NCBI GenBank assembly: GCA_036172245.1
Contig: JAYWIR010000013.1
Location: 4,278,001-4,342,000, forward strand
Direction of reading: 5' to 3'
DNA length: 64,000 nt
Origin: Raillietiella orientalis
Lineage: Eukaryota
Position 1 is the first letter of the stretch; the number at the start of each line of letters is the position of its first letter. Both the position numbers and the translations under genes were made by a program. Below the pieces are notes generated by a model. The model worked only from the letters and a program-made list of their open reading frames with translations, ran no database searches and was not told the origin of the DNA. Below, piece after piece: positions 46,991 to 61,009 of this stretch.

Positions 46991-49900
46991 ACATGCCATT
47001 TTACTGTTTTCCCAAAATGACGGCCTACGGTTCACTTTTGCCAGGGAAACCTACTGCTCGTCGTTTATGGACTTTTTATGCCGCTGCTGTGCAACCAACG
47101 CTCGGTGTTGGTGGAAACGCAGTAGCTTTCGGTACGTTGCGTGCACCTTGTGGACGGTGCACGGCCCTGAACACCGGAGGCAAGCATGTCTGGGGGGGAT
47201 GGGGGGAGTTGGGGGGTGGGGTGGGGGGCTCCACTTGCACACCTCCAACCGCACGAGCGACCACGCAGCACAAAGGAGCCGACGTCGGAGCGTCGCCCTG
47301 CCGCCCCGCTCGCCTCGGGACGCCGAAGTGGGGGAGCCGGAAGTCAGCGGCAGTCCCCACTTCGGAGGCAGCGCGTCCCCCTTCCTGCTTCTTCGGCCCC
47401 GTCGCGCTTCCCCGAGCCCCGCTCTTCGAGAATCGATCGTGGCCGTCAACCCTGAAGCTGAAAGTGCTGCTACGGCGTCAGGGAGGGATGCTGCTCACAG
47501 CGGCCGCAGATCCGTCGTTCATCGAGCCGTGGGGGGGGGCGGGGGCGGGAAGGTGACCGGATCGAAATCGCGGTGGCAACCGACGAGAGGGAGGACGAGG
47601 ACCTCGGTTGCTGCAGCGCGTTTCCTGCGGGACGTGGACTTGGAATCGATGCCCATGTCGAGGACCGCTGGAGCTTTCTTCTTGTGCGTCCATCCGAAGA
47701 TGCTGCACCTCATTGCCGCCGCTCAGACGGGCGAGGCACACCCCGAGGCACGCTCGGCCTGCCGGAGCCGAAGGACGGACTTGCAGGGATTCTTGCACCG
47801 ATTTCATGAGTCGGAGGCTCCTTATCATGGGATCGCAGCGCTTGAACCGAGAATGGTCTGTAAGCTTCGGAGCCCAAAGCAACAGCTTTGCCCGTTTGTA
47901 CTGAACTGTACTCAAAAGACGCGGTTTCATTGTACTCGAAAGTTGCTGCTTGCGTTACCGTCGTTCGCACGCACCGTTCGCCGAAGAAGCATTTGCTTGG
48001 AAACCGACGGAGTGGTAGCGGAAACCGTTTATCAGCTACCTGAGCAAATGCTGTCTCGGTATACATCAGTGGTATATTTCCGTACAGCCGACGTTTTCAA
48101 CAATTCGTTTCCTTTATACAGTTTTTTTCTACTGCCAGCCTGAATCCTCGAACGAGGACTTCAGTCTTCCATCAGACTGCTTACGTACAGGATCCAGCAA
48201 CAGCACCGTTGCTTGGATACGAATTTAGGGATTGGAAGCTGGGATGAGGAAGATAAAGCACTGTGGCGAAACATTAAGAGAAAAAAAAAAAACCGTTTGG
48301 TAAATCGCCCTTCCGTGTTATGTGCTGATGGATCTTCACTTTTGGAATACGCGTACTTCTTCTTTCATGTTTTCACAGGAAGATCATCACAGACTGCCGG
48401 AGGTCCCTCATTTCTGAATACGGATGGTTTCTGATTGCTCATCAGAGTTTTTGTTCCTCCAGGAACGAAAACCTCCATTTCCGGATGCTTCATTTTTGAG
48501 AAGAACTTGAAAATTGTTCCATAGCACACAGAGGGCAACAGCGAAAAGGATCGCCTTTCTCTTTATCTCGCATCCATAACGATCTTTCCCATAAGGGATC
48601 AAATTCAATTGCGTGTACGAGAAGAGATACTTTCGGTTATTTTTCTTCTCAAGGGGATGAAGGGGTGCTTCGGTTTAGGAGATAAAAATTTTTTTTTTTA
48701 TCCTTTTTCCCTCCCGTCTCATCCTTCCCATCGACGCATCTCACCATGAACAACAGACACCTCGGAAGTACGAATCCGAAGCATATGTGTCTCATAAAGC
48801 ACAGAATGAGCTGAAACCTCTTTGGTACATGTGCGGCAGAAGCGCGTACGGCTACTTGGTCTCAAAGAGCTGAAGTACGTACGTCGATTTGAAGGTACGG
48901 TGCGAAACAGCCGTGCAACCTCCAAGGAAAGGTCTGAGATTCTGCTAACTTGGCGTCATCAGCTGCATCTAATCCTAAGGATTGGCTTCTGCTGCATTTG
49001 TTATTCCAGAGAGAGGTTTTTTGCTTCTCTGCGAACACTTTGTGCACGGCCAAGCTGCAGTTAGGAAAGAGGACGTGAGAATCCACTGTCCGCGTGGATA
49101 AGAATAAGGCATAAATAAGTCACGAAAGGCAGTCCTCCTCATAATCCAACGGTTGGGGGGTGCTGATAGGAAAGTTTGCTTTGCAACGGATAATCTGCGG
49201 GCTGCATCTGCACATCTTCATTTGCTTCCTTATTGCCCAACTTGGCATTTTTTCGATTCCTGATCAAGATGCTCCCTAAACGGGAAAAAAAATCATCACA
49301 ATTTCGCATCTCGTTGTGCGAATGAGGTTCTGTACGGAAATGCGACCTGCGTGTCCGCTTACTGGGTGACCGTTACGTATTTGGGGGGTTCATGTCGATG
49401 GAAGATTCACATTCCACATTGGTCTGAAGACAAAGTCCCGGATAGGCAAAAACTGGTCCATCGAGTTGGGAACGGGGATCGAGGCAGCCTTCGGGAGAAG
49501 GTGTCCGACAACTTGGTTGGCGCAGCCGTGAATTGGTGATTGGCAACAAAATGGATGGCAAAAGGGTCCAATGGGAAAGCGCAGGGATTGACAATTGCAG
49601 AGGGGAGAAGGCAGGGAATGGCTTTCACCCGTTACTCCGGTTTGCCCCCAAAATAAATAAACTGACACGCAAAGTGGGAAGTGGATTCCTACTAGCCCCT
49701 TCATGGCAAAAAAAGGGATGTCGCCCGACGTGCGACCTCTCCGGGGAAAGGGGTCTTGAAGCAATGGGGGAGGAACAGTAAGTAAACGAAAAGAAATGGG
49801 TGGGCGGGAAGAGTCATAGGGCTCTGGCTCTTCTGGTCCCACTTTTCCTTCCTCTCCGGCTTTCGAGTGGCTGCGCCACACGGAAGACGCCGCCACGGCT

Positions 49901-50099
49901 ACTTGAACGTCCTCCGCGCCGATCTCTGGCGGCGACATCATGGTCGCGAAAGGGGAACGAGACACGAGCGGTGCGTGGGTGAGGGTGACCATACGAGAGA
50001 TGACCTCCCTTCGCTGGCGGAATCGCGCGAGGCCACCCCGTCTCGCGCTGTAGCTTGGACACGGCCAGGAAGAAGACGACCTCTCTCTCCCCGCTGGTG

Positions 50100-50600
50100 G
50101 CGAACCTTTCCTCCTCGCTCTGCGAAAGGCGCCTCGTCGCGAGAAGGGCGACTTCGGAGCTGCGCGCGCAGCGCAGGACCGTCGCTTCCGCGGGGCGAGA
50201 GGAAGGATAAACCCTGCGCGAGGATGTCATCCGTCTGGGAGGGTTTCCAAACCCGCAGTCCCCCAGCGGAAGAAGGACCGATTCTTCGACCGCGCTCTCG
50301 TGGGGATCGAGGAGAGTTTCCATCGTGGGATGGCGGCTCCTGCTGCATGATGGGGGGAAGCACGGTGCCGCTGCTTCCTGGACACCATCCAGGAACCGGC
50401 AATTGCTGTTGGGCGGAACGCCCACGGTTCCTCCCGGAGCGTGGGCGCGTAGCGGCCACGCGTCGGTTAGCTCGACGGCCGCCGCCGTAAATTCGACGAA
50501 GAGATGGAAGTCCCTCGCGCCGTCGGAACAGGAAACGTAGGCGCGCTGGTGCGCATCCTCCTCTGACCCGGATTGGCTTCCTTGTGTAGTTCGCCCAGCT
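50100..50600 (-). mobile_element. Decayed APE-endonuclease remnant
   Basis: GARDFH (GGDFN-like), ELTDAWPLRAH, RFLD. Confidence 0.45.
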
Positions 50601-53600
50601 GCCGTTGTCAAGAGAGAAAATGCGTAAGGGGGAGATGGGTCGTGCCGGCGGCTCCTGACAGAGACGAAATGTCCACGAAGAGAAGTCGTACTTCGTAGGC
50701 TGTAGGGTGCAATGTTGTTGATGGGTTGCAGTGCACTCGAAGGAGGCGGGCCAATCAGCACAATGTCTCTGAAGAAGTCTTCCGAACTAGTGTCTGCACA
50801 TCGCACTGGACCCTCGGCCTCAGTCCCTTTTCGTAAACTGGAACTCCATCGAGCTGTGAATTTATAGCTTGATGTGTCGTGTGAGACATGGAGGAGTAGT
50901 GGTTGGAGCCAGTAGCTGCTCAGCTTCTGATCGATGGATGGATAGCTCAAAGATGAAATTTACGCAAGGGGAATGAAGAAGCTCTAGGCATCACCCTGGA
51001 TCCAAAGAATGCTCTCACGTAACATCTTAATGGGCTGTCTTTTCAAAGTATTTCTTTCTGTGATGCGTTGGATATATAAGCATTTCTGCCGCTTTTGAGA
51101 CTTGTGCTGCAAGTCTTCATTTATTAAGAGGTTGATTTCCAGCACCCAGCTGCCGTGGATGGCTGAGGGATCGAATTTTCTGACTTTGCAGCTGGAATTT
51201 TCGAACAGACGAAAACGCTGCGGGACATGATCAGGTGAACGAGGAGAAAGTGGAATGCCTCCTCCAGCCAAAAACGCGTGGACCCGGGCAGCAGCGTGCG
51301 AAAGGAGCAGAAACCATCGAGCATCTTCAGACAACGCAGGACCGTAACTCGTAACCCGTTTTTCAGATAAATCAAGACACCTTTCCTCGTCAACTATTGA
51401 GGATCGGGCTGCAGGTTCATGATGGATGACGTTCCCGAACAAGATCTTTGAGATTTTGATTTCGCTCTCGCATGTTCTAGAAAAGGCTTCTTCCGAGCAC
51501 TGCTTTCAAGGTTTCGGAGCAGAAATGGGAATTCCTCGCCTATTATTTCGAGGATGAGTTGCATATGATGAAGGTGTTGACAAGACGAATTTTTTCGTGT
51601 TGCAAAGCAGCTAGAGACCGTGCTGGTGAGCCGGTGGTCACATGGATGCCCTCAGAATCACGCCTGAGAAATGCACAAGCAGCTGGCAAATTCTCCTAGA
51701 GCGAATGAGAGTTCCGTTTGCAATCGAGCACGACCCTGCAATTCACTATGGGTTATTTCCGGTTGATGAATCATTTTGCAGGGCAGCCGAAAAAATAGGT
51801 CGGCCTCTCTTCCTACTCCTGTAACCAGTGACATCTCTTGCCGCACGTGAGCTTCAGTGTTCACCTCTGGGATAACTATCTTTTTTTTTCCTGCGTACTA
51901 TCTGGTTCTCTTCGGAACGTTGCCTGCCGTTTGAGTTCTGAACGCTTACGCATGCAAGAGCAACGCTGCATTTATTTCGGGGTCGAGTTGCCCAAAAAAT
52001 CCTCAGCTGAGGTCGATTCACAATTGAGGGTTCCAATATGAAGAGCAGAAATGATAAAGTACGAATGAAATCAGCGGAAGAATTGGTGTTTCTTTACGAC
52101 AGGAATGCTTGCCCGTTCTCAGGGAGCTCCGGTTCTCGTAAAGTATTCACTTTGTCTCCCGAAGGCATTTCCCCTCCGTTACATCATGCGAATCTGTATC
52201 TTGTCCCCGAAAGAAGAAAAGGAATACTGGGAACGGTACACGAATTCATTATTAATTCTGGGAAAGTACTAATCTTCTCTGGGAAAAGTACTAATCTATT
52301 TTCGCTCCATTATCACAAATGTCAGCATCGATTGGGAAGGATATCTAGAAAATCAAATATTCTCTAGAGGGCTAGGAGGATACATTTGTTTTTTACCTAG
52401 GCTTCAGTAGCAGTGCATTAATCCACAGAAATCCATGATCGCTTGCAAAGCTGTGCACAGCGCGAATGTTGAACGGAGCAGCAACCATCCACTGTCCTTA
52501 CAAGTCACAGTGACAAGCAGCTTGGACCTCAGGGGATCCATACACGGCCTCGAGTCGAGCCCTTCTGGGATAGAGCAAGTGTGAATACTCTAATGGAAGG
52601 TCAGGTACATTATACACTTTATCTTCTCTCTTTGATGGGTGACAGATTTCAAGTAAAATCTTTTCCTTGTGAAAGGTAAATCCTCAAGTGAAATGTCTTC
52701 AAGTAAAATCCATTCTTTCTGGGAGGCAGCCGGATGTTGCCGCCAAGAAAAAGAGTGTCAGGAGTTCCACCTTACGTGTAGGTGTCTTTTTTGCTATCAT
52801 TCCAGGAACGGGAACATTCTCCGGAAGGTTCCCGGACTTTTCTTCCTGAGCATACGATGGCAAGCACCTCATGTACCATTCCCTTGCTGACGTCGGCTCA
52901 GCTTCCGAAATCCTCTGGTTTCTAATTTTTAGTGATGACACTGGAGCCACCATTCTCGGCATATGGGATCGGCATGTGGAATGACATCTTTCTGGAACAG
53001 GTGTCAGAAGGTCACATCTGACTTCGTCATGCCGTTGCTGCGGAAGCGGTAAAACACTTCAGAAACTATTCATGTCCACACATGGGAATGGGCGAGAGGG
53101 GTCTCTCACCTTTGGCACCTACCGCTTAGCACCCACATCGGGAGCGCAGTTCTCAGATAAACTTTCCATAAATTGCCTCTCATGCGCCTTTAGATGTACC
53201 TCGTCATACTTCTGCGACTCGCAAGACTTTGGTTCCACATTCATCTTTAGAATTTTTTGCGCGTACGTTTGGTTCTAGAAGGACTTTTGTTGTTATCTTT
53301 GCCATAGCGTAAATAACTAGCCATCATTTCCCATGAACAAATAGGAGGTGTCAGAACTTTCATTTCTTTGCGATTTAAATCTCTTCCGTTATTTTCTTGC
53401 ATCTGTTTCGAACGTTTGCAACGTGTTGCATTCCTCGCGACATCCCGATTGGTTTGACTTCTTTGGTGTGCTTCACCACCGTTTACTGCCTTCATGGAGA
53501 AGACCCTATCTTCAGCAGAGGGAGCGAAATTAAATGGGAGCACTGTGCTGCGACGTGTGGAGACTTCAGGGTGAGGGCGCGCCTGCTCGAGCTCGCAACT

Positions 53601-56600
53601 CGGGACCGACTTGACCTGCAGGTTGGTTCTCCACCCCCGGCCCAACATCGGCCAACGTGCTCCGACCGAAAGTGGACTGTGACAAGAATTTTCTTACCGT
53701 TTTCCTTTTCTTTTTCTTCCTCGGAAGGTTTGAGAGAGTTTGAGTGCATTTGCTGTTTGTGATTGACAGCTCTTTGAAAAATGATCCTTCGCAAAGACTC
53801 GAGTGTTTTAGCCTCATAGCATCATCCGGCGATGGCACCTACGTTGCGTTGCCTTTTCCTTTTCGTACCAAATGGAGGACTGTTTGCGGATCCTTCCACC
53901 TTTGAGATTCGGCGAAAATGTTTTGAATGCAGTACCAAAGTCCCAGAGTTCAGGATTTCCTTTGAGATGACACTCACTTTGGTACCTCCAAGACCACCAC
54001 TTGACCAAAGAAAATCTACTTCATTTTGCTCCTTCCATCACTCTTCGTAGTAGAGTGGTGGTTGATTCAGTGACTGGTGTTGCACATGACTCGTCCTGGG
54101 GCTGCGTTAGAGCATGCTACGAGAACGGTTCAAAGATATGCCCTCTAGCACCATCCAGTTGGCAGTTCTTTCCTCTTCCGATCCACCGGAACTTCTTGAA
54201 GAAGTGCCACTCCAAATCGGGTCCGGATCTCTGGTAACCGTGGATCCGAAAGAAAGTGAGGTTCATTTTGTCATGGCGCTGCCACGGGAAGACATTAGCG
54301 CCTGCGTGCTGTTGTTGGGACTGAAAAGTCGCTTCTATTCAGACCTTGAGTTTATCTGCTTGTGGGATTCACCCCTTTTCCTCGGATGGAACTGAGATAT
54401 CACTGACAAGTCGAACGGATCTTCTGAAGAGACAAAGCACTTTCCTGAAGCAAAGTCCTTCGAAGGAGTCCCAAGAATTCCGGTTTTGTGATTTTGTCGA
54501 GCAGGATGCGCGATGCTCTCAACAGACGATTGCTCCATGACCATTGTCTCTCGGTCCTCTGGATGAGCACTTTCATTCATTTCGGATGCTTGATGCCGTT
54601 TGAACTCTTCATCTTCCGCCGATCGACTGCTGTTTGAACTCTACTGCTCTCTTCTCTCCTGGACCTTTTGTCTCATGACCCTTCAGGCTGCTAACTATTT
54701 ACCTCTAGGGGGTCATCAAGACGCTGCATACTCGACGATGGCTCACACTCAGTAGACCACACGTTTTAGACCAGTAAGGATTGTATCCTTCGCAACTCAC
54801 CAAGGATGCTTTCGAAAAGCGGCAACGTCCGCAAGCGCTCGACTGCTGTGTAATGTCTCTAGACGATCGTCCTGATAATCCTGGACTTTTAAACAAACGG
54901 ATGGCTGAGCACACGGCCGGAAGCCGCAGGATGCAGGTGAAAAAAACGAGGGCGCAAGTGGGATCGCATGGTTTCCTTCGGGGGGAATCGATCTCCACAA
55001 AGGGGAAGGGGGAGGGGAATCCTGGCTGTTACGATGGTGGTGGGTGTTCGGGAAGTGGAGCGTTCGCCCCTCTTTCAGAACAAGGGGTTCGCTTGAGTCA
55101 GGACGGGCAGCCTCTGGAAACTGGTTCCAGCGGATGGACAATCTGCAGGCACTTGAGATGCGATGATGAACCGTCCGCCATCAGAGGGATGCGTCGTCGA
55201 TTCAGGAGTCCTTGGCGCACGTGCGCGCCTTCGTGGTTGATGCGTGCTCGTTGCTGATGCCGCCTGGGCGGAAGCGCATCTCCCGCGATCAGGACTGGTA
55301 GACTGCAGGGGTGGTCTTGGAAAGAGCGCCGTGCCTTCTGAACCCTACGCGTTCTCGGCGCCACGGAAGATCCTGAGACATCTCCCTGAGGTCCATTGAC
55401 TCCTACTCTGACGGAACAGAACGCCTTCGACTGTTGCAGAAGGGGCCCAAGAAGCCTGGCAGCGCGCACGCCCAGTTCTCCAAACCCGAAGTGTCCGTTT
55501 CCTCTTTTTACGAGCGCCCGAGAAGATCGGACGATTACAAGAGGCCCCGAGCTTCCTTCGAGAAAAAGCAGTCTTGGAAAGGCCTGTTTGGGTGTTTACC
55601 ACCCATGGCAAATAGGGAGAATCGCGGCGGACTCCGCACCTAGTCTCGCTTTCGCGAACATTTCGAGAGCAGAGTAGGGGGCACGAGCCGGAGAATTGGC
55701 TGACCAGGGAGCTGGTGCCGATAAACGAGCCCTTCCGTAACATGGCGAAGACGTACTATCGAGACGAAACTCCCTGCTTCCTCCGCCTCTCGTCCCGGGG
55801 TCGTTTCCTTCTGCCTGCAGGGCGAAGAGAGTACAGACGACACAGACACGGAGGACGCGATTCAGACTACCGCGCACACTCGCAGGAGGATGGCCCTGCC
55901 GTTCGTGAGGCCAGCATTGCACCCGTCGCCCGTTACGTCGCCCACCACGAACGAGGTGCCGAAGAAGAAAATATGCCGCTGCCTCGCGTGTCGGGAAAGA
56001 AGACAACGGCTTGCGCTGTGGACTGTGTCTCGCGAGCCTACAGAATGTTCTTGGCCACTGTCGAGACACCTTCGGTCCTCAGCAGCCAACCGGATAGCGA
56101 ACGCCTCCGTCAGACACCCCTCGAGCGTCGCTCCGTTCTTCTTCTCTCTCCGGAGATGCGTGCTGAGAGCATATTCGCCCCCATTGTGTGCTCTCTCCTT
56201 TTTCCTGTTCCTCGGATGAGGGACATTACTACAGTCTTTGGAGACGTCTCGATGAGACTGCAAAAGTGAGATGAGCAGCTAAAGAAAGAAAGAAGCCAAC
56301 GTCCGGGGGCGAAGGAGGAAGCGGATTAGGGTAGGGCGGGTCAGCCTTTTCCCGAGAAGCGGTATAGATGAGTGCTGCAGACGATGAAGAGTTCCTGCTG
56401 TCCTTAGGCAGCTTTTTCACTCAAGAGGTGGACGCTGTGGAACCAGTCGCTCGATCACAGCACGCTGATGGCGAGCTTCAGCGATGAACGACGTGCCAAA
56501 GAGTCCCTCGCATTCACCCTCCAACATCCTTCTCCTTTCTCGTGGCGTCAGGACGAGTGAACAGCGAGCGCAGCGTTCCTTCCTTTACGAATTTTCGTGT

Positions 56601-57299
56601 CTGCCTTCCGATTCAGGTCTCCTGTGACTTCGGTTTTGCTGCAATGAAGCGAAGAGCTAGCGGCTGAGCTGCGCACTCGTCTCCGATAAAGTGAAACGCA
56701 CCACCTACCTTCTGACATCTCCTCTTCCAACGCTCCGCTGCAGTCGAGGACTTGTCGATCGACGTCCACAGCTTCAAGGGTAACATTAACCTGGAGATGT
56801 CTGCATGCTGAACACCGGCGGCAGGGTCGCCTGTGGTCGGAGGCGGGGCCGCAAGCACCCCATTACACACGCTCCCAAGCACTCCATTACACGAATGTAA
56901 GTTGCACCGCCTGTCCGTGGACGTCCATGATAGTCGTGCCTCCCTGCCCTGTAGCAGATCAGAGTAAAGGGGCAGCGGACGAAAGCGCCCGTAACTAACA
57001 ACGTGGAGGCGGGTCGTGTAGACGTCATTCGAGACACCACCGCCTAGCAGATTCATAAGGTCGCACTGATCACCATCGGAACAGAGCAGAGTCACATTGT
57101 TGGCTCTTTCTCACCACCCACAAGCATTCAGAAATTCAAACAACTGTCTCATCGAATGCAGATTACACTTTTATTCCTCCTGCCGTCTCCTCGGAAGGAT
57201 CGCACCAACGCTGGACGTCCACACGATTGACCGTCGCTACCGAAAAACGGAATTTACAGGTCAATAGACAGACACTCCTTAGCCCTCGCGATCCCTCCG

Positions 57300-58100
57300 A
57301 GGATTCCACGGTTCCCTTCCCATTGTAACAAAATAACCGTCCAGCTGACACGCTCATTCCCTTTCTGCTCCGGAATTCCCAAGACATTAGCACGATGGAC
57401 GACGCGCTCGATGAGATGAGTCTCGATGGTGTCGGCGAGCACTCATCTGGAGCGCTGTCCGCTTCACGTGGGTCGACTTCGGCGCGGCAGAGTCATCCGC
57501 AAGCGTATTCGCCTGCGACCAGATCGCATGGGCACAGCAGCCTCGCCTCCAACTCTGGACCACCCTTCTCGTCCGCCGACACGTGTTCCTTCACGTCGGA
57601 AGAAAGCACCACTGCTTCAGCGGCGCGGAGGGTCTACCCACCACCGGCCGATCTGTGGGAGTCACGCCAAGCATCAGTGCATCCGGATCCATGCACCGAA
57701 AGCAGTTCCTCAATTGCCCTTCTCTCCCTTCTTCCTCGATCCCTACTGTTCGCACAGTGGGCACGTCTGATTGAACCCCTTTTGGGACCAGGAGACAGTG
57801 ACTCCTGGTGTTCCGGCACCGATTTGGGGCTTGGTGCGCGGCCCTGTCACCCTGGCAAGCTTTCGCCGCCGGTGAGTGCTGCGCAAGTCCAGGATTCATT
57901 CTGCTCAGAAGAGGACGTGCGCGCCATCGAAGACAGCAGCATTTCCGAGGGAGGGGGTGGCTCCTGAGAGAAGACAGCTCGCAGCAGCAGCTCCCCATCG
58001 TATACAGCGTACATTCTGGCGTCAATTCCAGCTCTGGTCTTCCTGACTGCGCCCAGTCCTCCATGAAGGCCGGCGCTAGAAACAGGACTCGCAGTTTCCT
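57300..58100 (-). mobile_element. Decayed APE-endonuclease remnant
   Basis: MYAVY ... IEELLSVHGSGCTDAWRDSH. Confidence 0.35.
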
Positions 58101-60682
58101 GCTCGGGTTCCTCTGCAGAATGCTTTCTTGCGGTGCTCCTCGGAGCTCGCCGGTTCAATAAAATCCGAGCTCTTAGTGTCTATGGGACATGGTGGGTTGC
58201 GCCGGGAGGTGAGATGGGACGAGCATTCACTCAACGAATTACGCTCGGGGGTTGTCGAGGCACCATCGGTTGAACGCGTCTCTCACCTCGCGCATGCGCT
58301 TTTCCTCTGCCCGATGTCGCTCGAGGCACTTTTCGTGATCTCCGTCCTGGGAACCGGCGATACCGGGCGACGCACATCCTTGCATGGTCCAAGGACAGGG
58401 GCGGAAGGGTAAGATCGCCCGACTCTTCCGAGGCAAAGGAGGGAGAAAGGGGGATGCTCACTGGACGCTGCCTCGTGCAGTTGGAGTGGAGACTCTCAGC
58501 ATCTCCCACCCTCACCCTTCCCCACGCACATACCCTCCGCCCGCCGCTGAAGAGGTGCGCCGAATGCACCTCTTCCATAGTGCAGGGCTGTCCTATCTCT
58601 CCGGTAGGCATCGTGGTGGTTGCTTGCACAGAGGACGCACCCGGCTGCGGCAAGCAGTGAGACTCGTGGTCGGCACCTCTTTCTTTGGTCCTGCAGGAAA
58701 TTCTTCACCTGGTTGCAGGGAGCGTTTTCTGAGGTCGAAGTGTTTCCGGTGCAGTTCTTGGTGGTTCAGACACCACTTCCTGGAAGGAGCAATTCCGGTT
58801 CACTGGCCGACAGGAAAATGCGGGAATGCCGTGTCCAATGCGGTGTTTTGCGATTGACGGAATGCCGGGGCGAGACTGCGCTACAAGCCCTCCAGGGCAC
58901 TGCATCCCGAGAAGAGTTGCCGGAGCAGCTCCATCTTCTTTTACCTTGAACAGTCTGGGGAGGCAACTCTCCCGGAAATCGGGTGTCTGCACTGATTGCA
59001 TTGGAATCCCCATTGCAGAAACAGCAGGCTGTTTCCACAGGAGCAGGAACACGCAGGTGACCAGAAACAGAGGAGGGTCCACGAGTTTTTTTTGGGATAC
59101 ACCAAGCATTGCTTTCCACCGAAACAGTTCCTCTGCACGTAAACGAGTAGTGACTGCGTTCACCAGCTCGTTCGCCTTGCAACCGCCAAGGAGTTTTTCG
59201 ACTTTTGCAATGCTGCAGAAGAACTCCTACCCTGCCGGTCGGCTGCTGTCATTTCTCGTCCTGAGGGAAAAACGTCCAGACAGTGCTGCAGCAAGGGGTA
59301 TGACGGCTACTCGAGACCACTGCGTCTGATCCTGCAGGAGATCTTTCAGCGGCTTGCGTAGGAGATTTTGCAGCGATGGGAGTTTCTCTGAGCGCACTTG
59401 CAAAGAGACAGCCCACACTGATTCGGTTACAAATCAGCTACTGGAGTCCGACCACCGAGTTAGATGCGGACGCCAAGCTGCTGGCGAAGCTACGAATGGG
59501 ACAGTAGCGAATTCAGTAATTTGCCCGGAGCAGACTTGCGCTGTTTCCGGGCGAAGTACGGATGCCAACGTGTTCTTCGAGAACACATGGTTCAAGGTGC
59601 ACAGCGGAGGGATAGGAATGAAAGAAACTGTTGAGAACCTGAATTTGGGGACTTCTGCTGGGCAGCGAAAGGAAAGCTGCGCGGAAATTTGCTTTTACCG
59701 CGACGGTGCAGGAAACTTCCCACCTGGACGAACGGCTGCTGTCCTCGCTTGCCTTAAGGGCAGACAGCGCTGCGGCAAGAAATGTGCTGGCAAAGGTCGA
59801 ACATTCCGCCGTTTCCTGCATCGCCACATCTAAAAGACATGGAAAAAAATGCCACCAGCTGCAAAGTTCTTGAAGGCGCATTACCAGGAATACACCTCAG
59901 GACTAATCAGTCTCCTTCCGTCGGGCCTTGAAGTTCATTGGGAGGCAGAGGATTCACGCTTCGGCGTTTACTAGAGAGGCGAACGGCCTCAGGGAACAGC
60001 CGGATACGCGCATCCTATGAAGGCTGCTGGCCAGCAACGAGGGCAGTCCTTCGTTGCAAGCACTTCTCCGCAGGAAGAATTGCGCAGGCGTGTACAGCAT
60101 AAAAGTCCACTGCTTGGCGCAAAGTGCCGCATTGGAAAGCCCATTCTCCCCAGCGACCGCAGGCCTCAGCCTCCATGACGATGCGGAACACCCAAATCTT
60201 TGAAGCGGGTCTTAGAACTCGCATGTCCCGAGGGCAGAGTTCGCAAGCCTACAGAGCGACAGATGGGCTCTTCAGTAATTGCAGGAGGCTGTCAGCAGCC
60301 CACGCAAGATTCTGTGGGCATCGTTTCCCCGCCCTCACTTCAGCGCTGCGACGTTGAGTGTCCTAACCGATGAACTTCCACGAGGATGCGAGCTGCTGGC
60401 GATTCCCTTAGAATTCCCGGTGTGACCAACAGTCTTGGAGGACATTCGCCTCCTCCCTCTTTATCGGCAGGGGTCGGTGTTGCAGCTTCTACATTCGGGA
60501 TCCCCGTGGAAAGCACTCCTCCACCACGGAACCAGGGCGACGGTAAGTGCGGAGGGCGGCGGGTGCTACGGTGAACGGAACACCCTTTTGCACCTGCTCC
60601 TACACTTGGCTGCCCTCCAGCACCTCGGTGAACGTTTGACCACGCCCCTTCGGATCCTCAGTAGGAGCGATCCCAGCGGCAC

Positions 60683-61000
60683 TTTTTCAGAGAGGTTGGT
60701 TTATTACTGTCAGATCTTAGCTTCATAGAGAGAAATGTTGTACTGAATACCGATTCGAATTCTGATCTAGCAGGGTTTAAAGATCTATTTGTTGAAAAAA
60801 AAGGCATCTGGTGAGGAATATAGTGATGAAGAGTGTTAAAGCTTTCTCGATAACATAGATGAAATCCATACTATAATTAAGCTCGGGTTAGAAAGTAGAA
60901 TTGAAGGGCTGACTCATGATGGAAAAAATGACAGTGATGATTTACAAGATGAGATTGGTCGTGCAATAGATATAATCAAAGAAAAAGTAGTCGTTCAAAC
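60683..61000 (+). pseudogene. 3' part of a Wolbachia-like hypothetical gene upstream of rsmD, disrupted
   Basis: AT-rich, intronless, acidic reading FFREVGLLLSDLSFIERNVVLNTDSNSDLAGFKDLFVEKK/ASGEEYSDEEC*SFLDNIDEIHTIIKLGLESRIEG...DEIGRAIDIIKEK, with a frameshift and a stop; abuts the rsmD start in operon-like spacing. Confidence 0.55.
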
Positions 61001-61009
61001 TTATTTTGC

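Noticed and set aside
46977..48143. 388-aa ORF (+)
   Set aside because: Arg/Ser/Ala/Gly-rich with no domain motif; typical chance ORF in GC-rich repeat debris.
49814..50950. 378-aa ORF (-) as a host gene
   Set aside because: The only recognisable part is a decayed APE-like fragment; treated as a TE remnant.
52255..52300. Short tandem duplication CTGGGAAA(A)GTACTAATCT
   Set aside because: Two-copy slippage duplication with no further structure.
57395..57967. 190-aa Ser-rich ORF (+)
   Set aside because: No domain; the opposite strand shows an endonuclease-like DAWR remnant.
58945..59109. Signal-peptide-like ORF (MLGVSQKKLVDPPLFLVTCVFLLLW...) ending at a phase-0 GT, as TMEM8 exon 1
   Set aside because: Another frame looks like a LINE ORF2 remnant (CLVYPKKNS), the donor is weak (gtaaaa), and it fits only the less likely acceptor. 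Needs RNA evidence.
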